Below, piece after piece: positions 19,263 to 29,450 of a stretch of 47,594 nt of DNA. Position 1 is the first letter of the stretch. Each line of letters opens with the position of its first letter. The notes beneath the pieces were generated by a model, which worked only from the letters and a program-made list of their open reading frames with translations, ran no database searches and had not been told where the DNA came from. Made by a program: the position numbers and the translations under genes. The DNA is from Gammaproteobacteria bacterium (lineage in GTDB: Bacteria; Pseudomonadota; Gammaproteobacteria; JACCXJ01): contig JACCXJ010000253.1 of NCBI GenBank assembly GCA_013697045.1, positions 1-47,594 of the forward strand, read 5' to 3'.

Positions 19263-20181
19263 CCCTCGGCTTGGCCCAGAACCGGCGGCAGCCGAAGACC
19301 TCTGGCTCATCGAGGGGTTTCTGGACGCCGTGTGGTTGGAGCGCGGGCTGTCCGACAATACCCTCGCCGCCTATCGCAGCGATCTCACGCGGTACGCCGA
19401 CTGGCTGCGCGGCCAAGGGTTGGGTGTGCTCAAGGCACAACGTAGCGATGTGCTGGGTTTTCTGGGGGCGGGATGGCACCCGGGCCGCGCGGTGCGGACC
19501 ATGGCCCGACGTCTGTCGAGCCTGCGTGGCTTCTATCGGCACCTGGTGCAGCGAGGCCGGCTCGGCGAGGACCCGAGTGCGCAGGTGGAAGGGGTGCGTC
19601 TGGGACGGGCCTTGCCCGCGGCCCTCAGCGAGGCGGAGGTCGATGCGCTCCTCGGTGCCCCCGACCGCGAGGCGGTCCTGGGCCTGCGCGATGCCGCGAT
19701 GTTGGAAACGCTCTACGCCACGGGACTTCGGGTTTCTGAATTGGTGGGGCTTAGGGCCAGCCGCTACAACCCCAGGCAGGCGACGGTGCGCGTCACCGGT
19801 AAGGGTGGCAAGGACCGCCTCGTCCCGCTCGGCGCTAGCGCGCTGGATCTACTCGATCGCTATCTGCGGCAATCCCGACCCGTGCTCCTGGCGAGCGCGC
19901 CGTCCGACTTTCTGTTCGTCACGCGGCGCGGGAGGCCCCTGACCCGCCAGGCCTTCTGGTATCTCATCAAGCGCTACGCCGTGCGTGCCGGGATCGCAAA
20001 GCCCCTGTCGCCACACACCCTGCGCCATGCCTTCGCCACGCATCTCCTCGATCACGGCGCGGATCTGCGTGTCGTTCAACTGCTTCTGGGGCACCGCGAT
20101 ATCTCGACGACCCAGATCTATACGCACGTGGCACGGGCGCGGCTCAAGGCGCTGCACGCAGAGCACCATCCTCGCGGTTGA
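19243..20181 (+). CDS. xerD: Tyrosine recombinase XerD
   Basis: ERGLS.NTL.AYR.DL, LYATGLRVSEL, SPHTLRHAFATHLL.HGADLRVVQ.LLGH, HHPRG end; dsbC nearby. Confidence 0.96.
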   Translation: MSEPFPSPRLGPEPAAAEDLWLIEGFLDAVWLERGLSDNTLAAYRSDLTRYADWLRGQGLGVLKAQRSDVLGFLGAGWHPGRAVRTMARRLSSLRGFYRHLVQRGRLGEDPSAQVEGVRLGRALPAALSEAEVDALLGAPDREAVLGLRDAAMLETLYATGLRVSELVGLRASRYNPRQATVRVTGKGGKDRLVPLGASALDLLDRYLRQSRPVLLASAPSDFLFVTRRGRPLTRQAFWYLIKRYAVRAGIAKPLSPHTLRHAFATHLLDHGADLRVVQLLLGHRDISTTQIYTHVARARLKALHAEHHPRG

Positions 20182-20197
20182 GGTCGGTCGGATCGGA

Positions 20198-21055
20198 TCA
20201 GTGCGGCTTGGGGGCCAGATAGTCGAACACCAGGCTCAGATCGGCTGCGAGGTCGAGGCCGCTGCGGTAGCGGCGCCGGCGGTCCTTGGCCATGGCCTTG
20301 CGGGCGATGCGCTCCAGGATCTCGGGGATCTCCGGCCGCAGCTCGCGCATGGGAGGTGGTTCGTCGTGCAAGACCATGTCATTTATGGTGGCGATCCGTG
20401 CCGCTGCGAAGGGGTGCTTCCCGGTCAGTGCGCGGTACATCACGGAGCCGAGCGAGAACAGGTCACTCTGGCCGGTCAGGGGCTCACGCCGGATCTGCTC
20501 CGGCGACATGTACAGCGGAGAGCCCCCGTGACCGGGGATATCGTCGTCCTCGAGATCCGGAACCACGGCGATACCGAAGTCCGAGATCTTGACCGCCTGA
20601 TCCGGGCCGAGGAGGATGTTGTTCGGTTTGATGTCGCGGTGTACCACGCCCCTCTCATGGACGTAGTCGAGCGCCGTGGCACACTTGTGTATGACCTTGA
20701 TGGCCTGCCCGATCGGCAACAGCTTGCCCGGCGTGCAGAAATCGGCGAGGGTCCGCCCCCCCGCCACGTACTCCAGAACGATATAGGGCAGCCCGTGGTC
20801 TATACCGGCATCGAACACCGCGGCGATGTCCTGGTGCGTCAACCTCCCGGCCGTCTTGGCTTCGCGGAAGAAGAGCCTCTCGTAGTGCTCTCCGGTCCGT
20901 GGGCAGGCGAGGCGCTCGCGGAGGGCGATCTTGACGGCCACGTCGCGCTCGATGAGGGCGTCATGTCCGAGGTACACCCGACCCATGCTCCCCTTGCCGA
21001 TCTCGTGGAGCAGGCGGTATTTCCCGACCGTCGTCGGGTGAGGCATCACGTCCAT
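20198..21055 (-). CDS. Hanks-type Ser/Thr protein kinase (kinase domain only)
   Basis: IGKGSMGRVY, VAVK, HRDIKPNN, DFG, YMSPEQ. Confidence 0.93.
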   Translation of the reverse strand: MDVMPHPTTVGKYRLLHEIGKGSMGRVYLGHDALIERDVAVKIALRERLACPRTGEHYERLFFREAKTAGRLTHQDIAAVFDAGIDHGLPYIVLEYVAGGRTLADFCTPGKLLPIGQAIKVIHKCATALDYVHERGVVHRDIKPNNILLGPDQAVKISDFGIAVVPDLEDDDIPGHGGSPLYMSPEQIRREPLTGQSDLFSLGSVMYRALTGKHPFAAARIATINDMVLHDEPPPMRELRPEIPEILERIARKAMAKDRRRRYRSGLDLAADLSLVFDYLAPKPH

Positions 21056-21205
21056 GTGGTACAGTACTCAGCCGCGCGGCGTGCGGCGTTGGTTCGCTGC
21101 TCTATCGGCTGTCGGCCGGTGCCGACTTGAGCCCCGGCCCGCAACCGTAAGTCCGTCACGACCGGGCCGTGGGAACGGCGAGTCCGATTTTGAGGAGTTC
21201 ATAAC

Positions 21206-21925
21206 ATGCGTTTACCCCTACTCTGTGCATCCGCGTTGATCCTGTCCGGTGTGAGCGCCGCGGCACCGTTGACCGAAAAGGACCTGGCGAACCGGATCGG
21301 CAAGGCCCTGCCGGGGATCGAAGTCGGCGCCGTCACCCGCGCTCCGGTGGACGGCCTCTACGAGGTCGCCTTGGAGGGCGATGTGGTCTATATCAGCGCC
21401 GACGGCCGCTACCTGTTGAAGGGTGATCTCTTGGAGCTCGACAGTCGGCGCAACCTCAGCGCGGAGCACCGCGGCCAGGTACGCCTCAAGGCGCTCAAGG
21501 CGGTACCGCCCGAGACCATGATCGAGTTCGCGCCAGAGGACACCCGGCACGTTCTCTACGTCTATACGGATGTCGATTGCGGCTACTGCCGCAAATTCCA
21601 TCAACAGGTCGGGGAGTTGAACCAAGCCGGGATCGCCGTGCGCTACCTGGCTTTCCCGCGCGCCGGCGTAGGCTCGGAGTCGTTCGCGAAATCGATATCG
21701 GTGTGGTGTGCCAAGGACCGGCAGCAGGCCTTGACCGATGCCAAGTTGGGGAAACCCGTGTCCCCGGCGACCTGCGACAACCCGGTCAAGCGCCAGTATG
21801 ACCTCGGCCAGCGCATGGGGATCCAGGGGACACCCGCCCTGATCACCGATACCGGCGAGGAGCTCGGCGGCTATGTGCCCGCGCAGCAGTTGGTGCAGTT
21901 CTTCAAGGGGCAGGCGGGCTCGTAA
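21206..21925 (+). CDS. dsbC: Thiol:disulfide interchange protein DsbC
   Basis: Signal peptide, CGYC, RYLAFPRAG, GTPA. Confidence 0.94.
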   Translation: MRLPLLCASALILSGVSAAAPLTEKDLANRIGKALPGIEVGAVTRAPVDGLYEVALEGDVVYISADGRYLLKGDLLELDSRRNLSAEHRGQVRLKALKAVPPETMIEFAPEDTRHVLYVYTDVDCGYCRKFHQQVGELNQAGIAVRYLAFPRAGVGSESFAKSISVWCAKDRQQALTDAKLGKPVSPATCDNPVKRQYDLGQRMGIQGTPALITDTGEELGGYVPAQQLVQFFKGQAGS

Positions 21926-21984
21926 TGCCTCCCGGCATTGGCGGGTGGATTGCGTTTCGAGGGGTTCTGTGAGGACTGGCCTCC

Positions 21985-22587
21985 ATGCATGAAATCCTGA
22001 ACGACGTCTTCACCTGGTCTTGGTACTCCGAGCCGCACGGCTATGATTTCAACGGGCACTTGATCCGTTCTGAAGACGGCAACCTGGCCATCGATCCGGT
22101 GCCGATGAGCGACGAAGTGCTGGAAGCAATCACGGCGCTCGGGGTCGCCCGCATCCTCATCACCAATCGCAACCACACCCGCGCCGCCAACCGGCTGCGA
22201 GCCGCGACCTCGGCCCCAACGGCGATTCATGAGAGGGATGCGGGGTATGCAGAGGCCCAGGGTGCGCTCATCGACGGTGCCCTCGAGCCGGGCGCGCGGA
22301 TCGGGCCGCTCGATGTCGTCGCCGTTCCGGGCAAATCACCGGGAGAGGTGGCGTTCCACTGGCCCGTGCGCCGCATCCTCATCGTCGGGGACGCCGTCAT
22401 CGGCAATCCGCCGGGACACCTCGGCCTGCTGCGCGAAGCGGTGATGGACGATCCCGCTCGGCTCAGGCAGAGCGTGCGCGGGCTCCTCGACCTCGATTTC
22501 GACACGCTGCTCCTGGGCGACGGCGTTTCGCTCCTCCATGCGGCGAAAATGGAGATGAAAGCGCTCGTGGACGGCTTTCCCGACTGA
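21985..22587 (+). CDS. Metallo-beta-lactamase-fold protein (degenerate metal motif)
   Basis: AIDP, ILITNRNH.R, PGKSPGE, GDA, LLGDG. Confidence 0.7.
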   Translation: MHEILNDVFTWSWYSEPHGYDFNGHLIRSEDGNLAIDPVPMSDEVLEAITALGVARILITNRNHTRAANRLRAATSAPTAIHERDAGYAEAQGALIDGALEPGARIGPLDVVAVPGKSPGEVAFHWPVRRILIVGDAVIGNPPGHLGLLREAVMDDPARLRQSVRGLLDLDFDTLLLGDGVSLLHAAKMEMKALVDGFPD

Positions 22588-22662
22588 TGGCAGGTCCGAG
22601 CGCGCCCTGCCCCGAGCGGGTGGCGCCGGTAGGCGTCAGGGTGGCGTTGCGATCAGCGAGCT

Positions 22663-23397
22663 TTACTCATCCCGCGAGCGACGCCATCGCCGCGAAGGGG
22701 CGGTGGACCTCCAGTAGCCCCAGTCATGCCCTCGCCAGCGCGAGGGTATGAGGTCTAGATAGAGGAGCAGGCAACGCACGAGCGAATGCATCGTCTTGCG
22801 CCACACCCCGCGATTCAATCGCCGGTGGTCGGTGGCGTAAACCCGGAGCTTGGGATCGAAATCGACCCGGTAGCCGGCGCGTTTGATGCGCCAGGCGATC
22901 TCCGAGTCCTCGTTGCAGGACAGCTTGGGGTCGAAGCCCCCGATGGTCTCGAGGACCTGGCGACGCACCAGGAGATTCGATCCGCTCGCCGCCGGCACCC
23001 CGAGGCGGTGTGCGACGCTTTGGGCAAGGGCAAATCCGCGGTAGTAGCGACGGAAGGCGTCTCTGGATAGCTTGGGTCCATAGAGGGCATGGCAGTCCGA
23101 GTGCCCGCTCAGGCGCTCGAAATAATCCGGCGGCAGCTCGACATCGGCGTCCGTGAAGAGCAGCCATGGGGTGGTGGCCAGATCGGCGCCCAGTTGGCGC
23201 GCTTCGCTCACGTTGGCCGGACAGCGCACGAGGGTGCAGGCAGGGCGCCGGGCGGCCGTCACAATCTCAGGGGTGCGGTCCTCGCTCGCATCGACGACGA
23301 TGATCGGCAAGGCCTGAGGCAGCCTCGCGAGGAACGCGCCGATGTTGCGCTCTTCGTTACGGGTCGGTACGACGAGCGTGATCTCTTCTATGCGCAT
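22663..23397 (-). CDS. Family 2 glycosyltransferase
   Basis: VVPTRNEE, VVD...D.T, FTDAD, GGFD...ED. Confidence 0.9.
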   Translation of the reverse strand: MRIEEITLVVPTRNEERNIGAFLARLPQALPIIVVDASEDRTPEIVTAARRPACTLVRCPANVSEARQLGADLATTPWLLFTDADVELPPDYFERLSGHSDCHALYGPKLSRDAFRRYYRGFALAQSVAHRLGVPAASGSNLLVRRQVLETIGGFDPKLSCNEDSEIAWRIKRAGYRVDFDPKLRVYATDHRRLNRGVWRKTMHSLVRCLLLYLDLIPSRWRGHDWGYWRSTAPSRRWRRSRDE

Positions 23398-23898
23398 GGG
23401 TTCTCGAACGGATTCAGGAAGGTGGAACCGGGGCCCGCGCTGCGACCGTTCGCCACGCGGCGGCGCGTGATGCCTTCGGGCCTCTTGGTTCTTGAGCTTG
23501 CGCGCCCGAAGGCTCCGTAGCCGCAACCGCGGCCTCGTGCTCGTGGTCAAGTGTAGGGGATTGGCGAGCTTAGCGTCAAGCTCTTGCGCAATGTTCATGC
23601 CAACGCTATACTCAATTATAAGCGCAACACCCCAGTGAGACGAACATGTCCGTGCTGTCCGCCCTGCGCCAGATCCACTTGGGCTTTACTTGCGAGCGAG
23701 CCGTAACGATCAGGCCGAGCTGCTGAACCTGATTTACGCCGGGGATGCCTCATGTTTCGGCGGCGGAAATATGATGCATACGCCAGTCGATTTCACCGGG
23801 CCGCGCGAGACGCCCGGATGCGATCGCAGGCACCTGTCCCTCCGGGCAGGGCACAGATCTATTAACACGAAGAAACAAACAAGTATGGACGTGAGATC

Positions 23899-24240
23899 AT
23901 GGAAATGAACGCAATCGCACGCAAGCTGGAGGTCATAGAGAAGAAGGGCGCGATGCGCTCCGTTGACGTCGCAAATCTCCTGGGCACGCGCCCGGAGACC
24001 GTATCGCGCTGGAATCAGGGCAAGGCCTTTCCTCGTCCCGAAACGCAGAAGACACTGCTTGAGCTGGAATACCTGATCGAACAGCTGGCCGACTTCTACG
24101 AGCCGCAGGAGGCTAGGTTGTGGTTGTTCGCACGCCAGAAGCGCCTGGGCGGCGTCACACCTGCCGAGCTGATCCAGGAAGGCAAGATAGACGAGGTCCT
24201 CGCCGTCATCGACCAACTACGGGACGGGGTGTACCTGTAG
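23899..24240 (+). CDS. Xre/MbcA/ParS-type antitoxin
   Basis: N-terminal HTH (VANLLG..PETVSRW) plus W.......LGG.TP..LI..G....V C-terminal domain. Confidence 0.88.
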   Translation: MEMNAIARKLEVIEKKGAMRSVDVANLLGTRPETVSRWNQGKAFPRPETQKTLLELEYLIEQLADFYEPQEARLWLFARQKRLGGVTPAELIQEGKIDEVLAVIDQLRDGVYL

Positions 24241-24262
24241 GCGGCGAGGCAGGGTGTAGTCC

Positions 24263-24835
24263 TTGATTCACGATCTGGATCTCCTCGATCGCCTCAGCGC
24301 GTTCGACCCGATCAAGTTCGGCGGCGAGGTGTTCCGCGCGACTCGGAAAAGCCTGGATCCGCTCACTCCGTCTACCAGCGGTGGACGCTGGGCGCCGAAG
24401 GACGGGCCCGCAGTGCTTTACATGAGCACGGAGGGCGAGGGTGCACTTGCCGAGATCGCGTTTCATTGGAGCCAGTTCTACCCGCTGCCGAGCAAACCCG
24501 CCGCGCTGCACCGCATCGGTCTAACCGCCCGCCGGACCATGCGGCTGCTGCGTGCGGATCTTGTCGATCTCGGCGTGGATTGGGCGCGCTATGGCGAGAT
24601 GAGCTATGAGCGCAGCCAGGTGATCGGGGCCGCCGCGGCGTTCCTCGAACGCGATGGCCTGCTTGCACCTTCGGCTAGATGGTCGTTGCGAAACCGTAGT
24701 CCTATTCGTGGACAACCATGCCCCAGATAACCGCCTGGAGGTGCTCGCCACTGAAGAAGCTGTCGATTGGCTGACATGGGCCGGAGCCAACGACCTGCTT
24801 GCCCCGGAAGGCCCGAATCACTCTGCCGAAGGTTG
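24263..24835 (+). CDS. RES-domain toxin (NAD+ phosphorylase-like); frameshift ~24685
   Basis: VFR, GGRW, LYMS....ALAE, SQ.IG.AA, L.PSAR; continues in another frame (ETVVLFVDN) to the stop at 24836. Confidence 0.82.
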
Positions 24836-25220
24836 AGGGCGCGGGGGCACCCTCCAGATCGAGGCCGGTTCCGGGTCTGCCGACAGCCGTATCGCCGGCT
24901 CGAATCGGCGTTTAGAACAAGAAGCTCATCGCAATGGAACACCTCGGTCTACCGCAGCACCTCCGAAACGGTTTTGCTCAGGCTTCCACAATGCGCTTGG
25001 CAAGCTGAAATTGAATGCCGAAAAACCACCACGGTCGTCGACTGTGACTGTCCGCTATTGGCCGGTATGTGACCTGGATGTCGAGAAGTCGGTACCCGAT
25101 CCAAAGCGGCGAGCGCGATGGACTAAAGATTGGAACGCCAACGCGGTATTGCAACGTCGAGGCGGCGGGTGGTCGCGGGTGTCCTCGCACGGAAGTGTAT
25201 AGTATCGCGACTTATTCAAC

Positions 25221-26285
25221 ATGACGGAATATTGCCCCGCGAAACCCATCCTCATCGCCCATCGCGGGGCGAGCGGTTATCTCCCCGAACACACGCTCGC
25301 GGCCTATATGATCGCCATCGAACAGGGTGCCGATTTCATCGAGCCGGACCTCGTCAGCACGGCCGACGGCGTGCTCATCGCCCGCCACGAGAACGAGATC
25401 GGCAGCACCACGGATGTCGCTTCCCGTCCGGAATTCGCCGCTCGCCGGACCGTCAGGCACATCGACGGCGAGCCCGTAACCGGCTGGTTCGCCGAAGACT
25501 TCACCCTGGCCGAGATTAAGACGCTGCGGGCCAGGGAGCGCCTTCCCGGGATCCGGCCCCACAACGCCCGCTTCGACGGCCTGTTCGAGATCCCGAGCTT
25601 CGAGGAGGTCCTGAACCTCGTCCTGGCCATGAACGAACGCCGGGCACGTGACGCTCTGATGTTCGGCCGGCCGCGACCGAGGCCCATCGGTCTATATCCC
25701 GAGACCAAGCATCCGAGCTACTTCCGCGACCTCGGGCTCCCGCTCGAGGCGCGGCTCATCCACAGCCTGGAGCGCCACGGATACGGTCGGCCGGATGCCC
25801 CGGTGTTCATCCAGTCCTTTGAGGTCGCCAATCTCAAGGCGCTGTCCCGGATGACGGCGCTGCCGCTCGTGCAGCTCATCGAGGCGGAGGGCAAACCGTA
25901 TGATTTCATGCTGAGCGGCGATCCGCGCCGCTACGCCGATCTTCTGGTTCCGGCGGGCCTCGCCGAGATCGCGGCGTATGCGCGGGCCATCGGCGCGAGC
26001 AAGGATGTGCTCATCCCCCACGCAGAAGACGGCTCTCTGGGACCGCCGACCACGCTCGTCGCCGACGCCCACGCCGCGGGGCTCCTGGTGCATGCCTGGA
26101 CCTTTCGTGCCGAGAACGCCTTCCTCCCCGCCGCATCGCGCACCGGGACCGATCCGGCGGCGCTCGGGGATCTCGACAGCGAGCTTTCTGTCTTCCTCGA
26201 TCTCGGCATCGATGGTGTCTTCACCGATCACCCGGGGATCGCCGTGCGCACAATGCGAAGGGCGGCGATGAGCAACTCGGGCTAG
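25221..26285 (+). CDS. glpQ: Glycerophosphodiester phosphodiesterase
   Basis: IAHRGASGYLPEHT, IEPDLV.T.DG, ETKHP, QSFE, WTFR.EN, GVFTDHP. Confidence 0.93.
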   Translation: MTEYCPAKPILIAHRGASGYLPEHTLAAYMIAIEQGADFIEPDLVSTADGVLIARHENEIGSTTDVASRPEFAARRTVRHIDGEPVTGWFAEDFTLAEIKTLRARERLPGIRPHNARFDGLFEIPSFEEVLNLVLAMNERRARDALMFGRPRPRPIGLYPETKHPSYFRDLGLPLEARLIHSLERHGYGRPDAPVFIQSFEVANLKALSRMTALPLVQLIEAEGKPYDFMLSGDPRRYADLLVPAGLAEIAAYARAIGASKDVLIPHAEDGSLGPPTTLVADAHAAGLLVHAWTFRAENAFLPAASRTGTDPAALGDLDSELSVFLDLGIDGVFTDHPGIAVRTMRRAAMSNSG

Positions 26286-26334
26286 CCGGCGGACCGGGCG
26301 GCTCGTGACACTTACGGCGGACCGACCGCCCAGG

Positions 26335-26480
26335 CCCCCGGCTGGCCCCCGGCGCCTCCCCTTGGCCCTCGCTCGCCCGAGACGCCAAAGCACCCCGAAA
26401 CACAGCGCCTCGGGACGAGAAGGGCCCGCAAAGTCCCCGATCTCGGCCGAGGGATCGCATGTTGACCGGTTTGTCGAGTC
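26335..26480 (+). mobile_element. ISCR-like 3' non-coding remnant
   Basis: TTGGCCCTCGCTCGCCCGAGACGCCAAA...CGCATGTTGAC is a diverged inverted copy of 29515-29625. Confidence 0.65.
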
Positions 26481-26808
26481 ACGGTCCTCACGCCACTAAA
26501 ACACGAGTGGTATAAAGTCGCGCGATCGGGCATCCGATGGGGAACCCCCGAACCCTGCAAATGCTTACAATACGCTCGCACCTTTTACCGGTTTAGTTCA
26601 CGGCTTCTCTCTCAGCTCGCTTAGCATTCGACGTTAAAACAATGTGTTACAAAGCGGCATACGCCATGCCAGCGTATGTGGCTAAATTGTGGTAGTAACC
26701 ACCCACAATCAACCTGGGGGCCACGGCAGATGTGGCCCTTTATCTCATCGTCATCGGTGTCCTGGGTCTGGCGAGAAATCTAAGGCGTTAAACTTAAACC
26801 GTAAATGT

Positions 26809-26950
26809 ATGAAAGGCGGGATTTGGTGGGCAGGTTGGCTGAGCAGTAGTCTGCTGCTGCAGGCAGCCGACGCGGATGATTATCGCACGCCCCGCGCCGG
26901 CGAGGAATATCGCACAGAACTGTGGGGAATACCGATCACAGCGCCTGCGT
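26809..26950 (+). pseudogene. Truncated N-terminus of a putative secreted protein
   Basis: MKGGIWWAGWLSSSLLLQAADA signal-like segment, then DDYRTPRAGEEY; ends where the AT-rich island begins. Confidence 0.3.
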
Positions 26951-27011
26951 TCTTTTGTCCTGCAAATCATAAACTTGACTCATTTGCATCGTATTTCATG
27001 ATGCAAGTACT

Positions 27012-27554
27012 CTAGAGAAGTGGGCCCACAATCGTAAAACGAACTGGCTGCTCCCGGGACTCGGCAAACGCTTTGATGTTTCGTGTATCGCGGGCGTCAC
27101 GCGAAATGACGAGGAACTCAATGTCTGCAAGACCCGATGTGCGCTCAACCCCCTCTCTGAAAGCCTGCGACCCTGCGACAAATCTCACAAGGCCAGTAGC
27201 GAAGATAAGGCGTTTCCTCTCATATGTATCAAGTTTACTGACAATGAGTGGATATTTCCACTCGAACTGGCTAACCACCCGACGCAGATCTTTCAAGGTA
27301 AGTTCGGATCCGCTATGTGAGCAAGGACGCGTGCTGATCTCACATAAGCACCCCCCGAGGGTATCTCGGAGAGTGTCGCAGATCCTGATGTGCTGTGCTG
27401 TCAAAGGATTGAAAGAGCCAGGAAATACTGGATACCGAACATCGAGCAATCCATTCTCGCTCGCCGCATTTCGTCGCAGAATCTGCCCATCAGGTTGAAC
27501 TACGAGGTACTCGCTGTCTAAAGATGAATTGTAAAACTGCTGCAGGATGTCCAC
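27012..27554 (-). CDS. Divergent HxGH-superfamily (NadD/NMNAT-like) nucleotidyltransferase
   Basis: VFPGSFNPLTAQH; CEIS...L...D....V.QF; FVAG; FLV..R. Confidence 0.65.
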   Translation of the reverse strand: MDILQQFYNSSLDSEYLVVQPDGQILRRNAASENGLLDVRYPVFPGSFNPLTAQHIRICDTLRDTLGGCLCEISTRPCSHSGSELTLKDLRRVVSQFEWKYPLIVSKLDTYERKRLIFATGLVRFVAGSQAFREGVERTSGLADIEFLVISRDARDTRNIKAFAESREQPVRFTIVGPLL

Positions 27555-27560
27555 AGAAGT

Positions 27561-28328
27561 CTAAGCCTTTGCGATGTTTTTTACTCTGTCTTGTCTCCCC
27601 TTTCTGATGACTGCCCTGTCTTTGAGACTACTCCCATTATTTTCTTTAGTTCCTTCTCCTTTCGGAACACTCACGCTTGCTCTTGCGATCTCAACCTGCT
27701 GGTGTTGTTCCGCTTTGGTAACGGAAACCGTCTTTTCGATCACCAATGATGCTTGTTCGAAATCGGCAAAAAATGCGTCCGTTTCGTCGACCATCAGTCC
27801 ATGCATGATGTTTGAAAATCGCTTAAAAAGGCTGAACGCACGAGCGACGTCTTCATCATCGTCCAATTGATTATGCGTGTGAGCTAGCAACTCACTCCAC
27901 GCTAACTGGAACGCTGAGTGCTCTTTTTCAAGTGCCAGGGCAGTTCTAACATATCTTCTCGAGCCGGACGACATGCAAAGGAGCTTGTCGGCGCCGATGC
28001 AAAACGCCGAACATGCAAACGCAAGGTAGCCCCAAGCGGGATTGGCCTTTAACATCTTGATGTCCGCAAGAAGCAACACTGGATAGGCGGCGCCAAGTAG
28101 GGCCGCTAAAATCGCAATCCACCTCAGCCAGATTGCGAAGTGCTTCCTGGAGTCTTTTCTCTTCATATACCAGCGTTGCACCTCGAGCGATTTCTCCAGC
28201 AAGCTATTGTATATACTGTCCAACGAAACAAACCGGCCGTTCCTCCAGTCTGGAGCCGCAAGCTGTTCACCGACAATATTACGTGGAACCGGCGGCTGAG
28301 ACTCAGCTTTAGGATCAGACACAGCCAT
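27561..28328 (-). CDS. SLATT-domain 2TM effector protein
   Basis: WY..RK......A..LR..AI, two hydrophobic helices, WGY...D.....SSG..RY..T...LE.....F...W (SLATT_2-like). Confidence 0.82.
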   Translation of the reverse strand: MAVSDPKAESQPPVPRNIVGEQLAAPDWRNGRFVSLDSIYNSLLEKSLEVQRWYMKRKDSRKHFAIWLRWIAILAALLGAAYPVLLLADIKMLKANPAWGYLAFACSAFCIGADKLLCMSSGSRRYVRTALALEKEHSAFQLAWSELLAHTHNQLDDDEDVARAFSLFKRFSNIMHGLMVDETDAFFADFEQASLVIEKTVSVTKAEQHQQVEIARASVSVPKGEGTKENNGSSLKDRAVIRKGRQDRVKNIAKA

Positions 28329-28380
28329 CTCCGCGGCTGATTAGTGAGCGTTGGCTCGCAACCGTAGCAGGCGGGTGCGA

Positions 28381-28920
28381 CTACCTTTCGGTATTGTTTG
28401 CGGGGACCAGAGGTAGTCCCACACGCAGCTGTTCGAGCACAACCTCAAGTGCCGAGCGCACACTTGACGCCCTCACCTCATCACGCCCTACATCACCGAA
28501 GTTCAAGCATCGCACTATCGCTCGAGATGGATCCATAACTGCACACGCGATAAACACCAGACCGGTAGGTTTGAACGGGCGTATGGTTCCGGGCCCGGAT
28601 ACACCTGTGATAGCAAGACTCATGTTGGCATGCGGATAGGCGAGCGCGAGCGCGTTAGCGGCCATGGCCACCGCCACCTGCTCACTTACAGCGCCGTGCG
28701 TTGATAGAAGGCTAAGTGCTACATCCAGCATCTGAGACTTGGACTCGGACGCGTATACAACCATCCCACGGTCAAAAACATCGGAGGCGCCTGGCACGGA
28801 TGTCAATACTGCAGCTAGGAGGCCCCCGGTGCAGGACTCAGCCGTCACGAGGCGGCATCCGGCGTTCTGGCATTCGGAGACGACTTGGCGGGCGAGCGCT
28901 TTCGTTGCCTCATTTACCAT
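28381..28920 (-). CDS. pncC: CinA C-terminal domain / NMN deamidase PncC-like
   Basis: TAESCTGG, PGASDVFDRG.V.Y....K, GAVSEQVA..MA, ITGV.GP, G.VFIA, R..VR. Confidence 0.92.
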   Translation of the reverse strand: MVNEATKALARQVVSECQNAGCRLVTAESCTGGLLAAVLTSVPGASDVFDRGMVVYASESKSQMLDVALSLLSTHGAVSEQVAVAMAANALALAYPHANMSLAITGVSGPGTIRPFKPTGLVFIACAVMDPSRAIVRCLNFGDVGRDEVRASSVRSALEVVLEQLRVGLPLVPANNTER

Positions 28921-28999
28921 GTGTGAACCTGCTGAGCACGACGGGGAATGCGCGGCGTTGAGCGCTGCGTTCCCCGCCCAGGTGGTTCCACGTGCGACC

Positions 29000-29350
29000 A
29001 CAAAGCTTATCCGAATGTGGCCAACTGCTCAACGTTGGCGTGCTCGTCGGCACCGGCACTTCAAGCCGACACCGTGTTGTTGATGCGACGTCGTCGTGTC
29101 AGCAGCCGTGGGGGCGCGGTCTGCCGACACCGAGGCGCCGATCATCGTCTTGGTCCCGCGACGACGCGACGCTGGGCGAGTTCTTTGACTGGCTGGGGCC
29201 ACGGTGCGCGGTCGATACGGGGCGTGTACTGCGACGTGCGGGCGCCTTACCTCAAGCACATTCCGTCCCGCCTGCCGCAGGCCACGATTGTGCTCGACCG
29301 GTTTCATGTCGTGCAACATCTCAACGAGGCCGTCCACCACGTGCGCGGGC
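29000..29350 (+). mobile_element. ISL3-family transposase remnant
   Basis: IRGVYCDV.APY...I..RLPQATIVLDRFHVVQHLNEAV; frameshifted and truncated. Confidence 0.85.
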
Positions 29351-29450
29351 CAGTTGACTCTTTTCCATCAACGTGGACGAGGTGCAGAACGTCGCTGAGA
29401 ACGATCTGGTCACATTGCTCCCCGAAGGCCGCAAGTTCGGGGCGGGACTG

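Noticed and set aside
19243-20181. Phage or island integrase
   Set aside because: Motifs and rplS/dsbC context identify it as housekeeping XerD.
24840-25200. Possible group II intron RT remnant (CDLDVEKS)
   Set aside because: One weak motif only, with no other RT or intron features.
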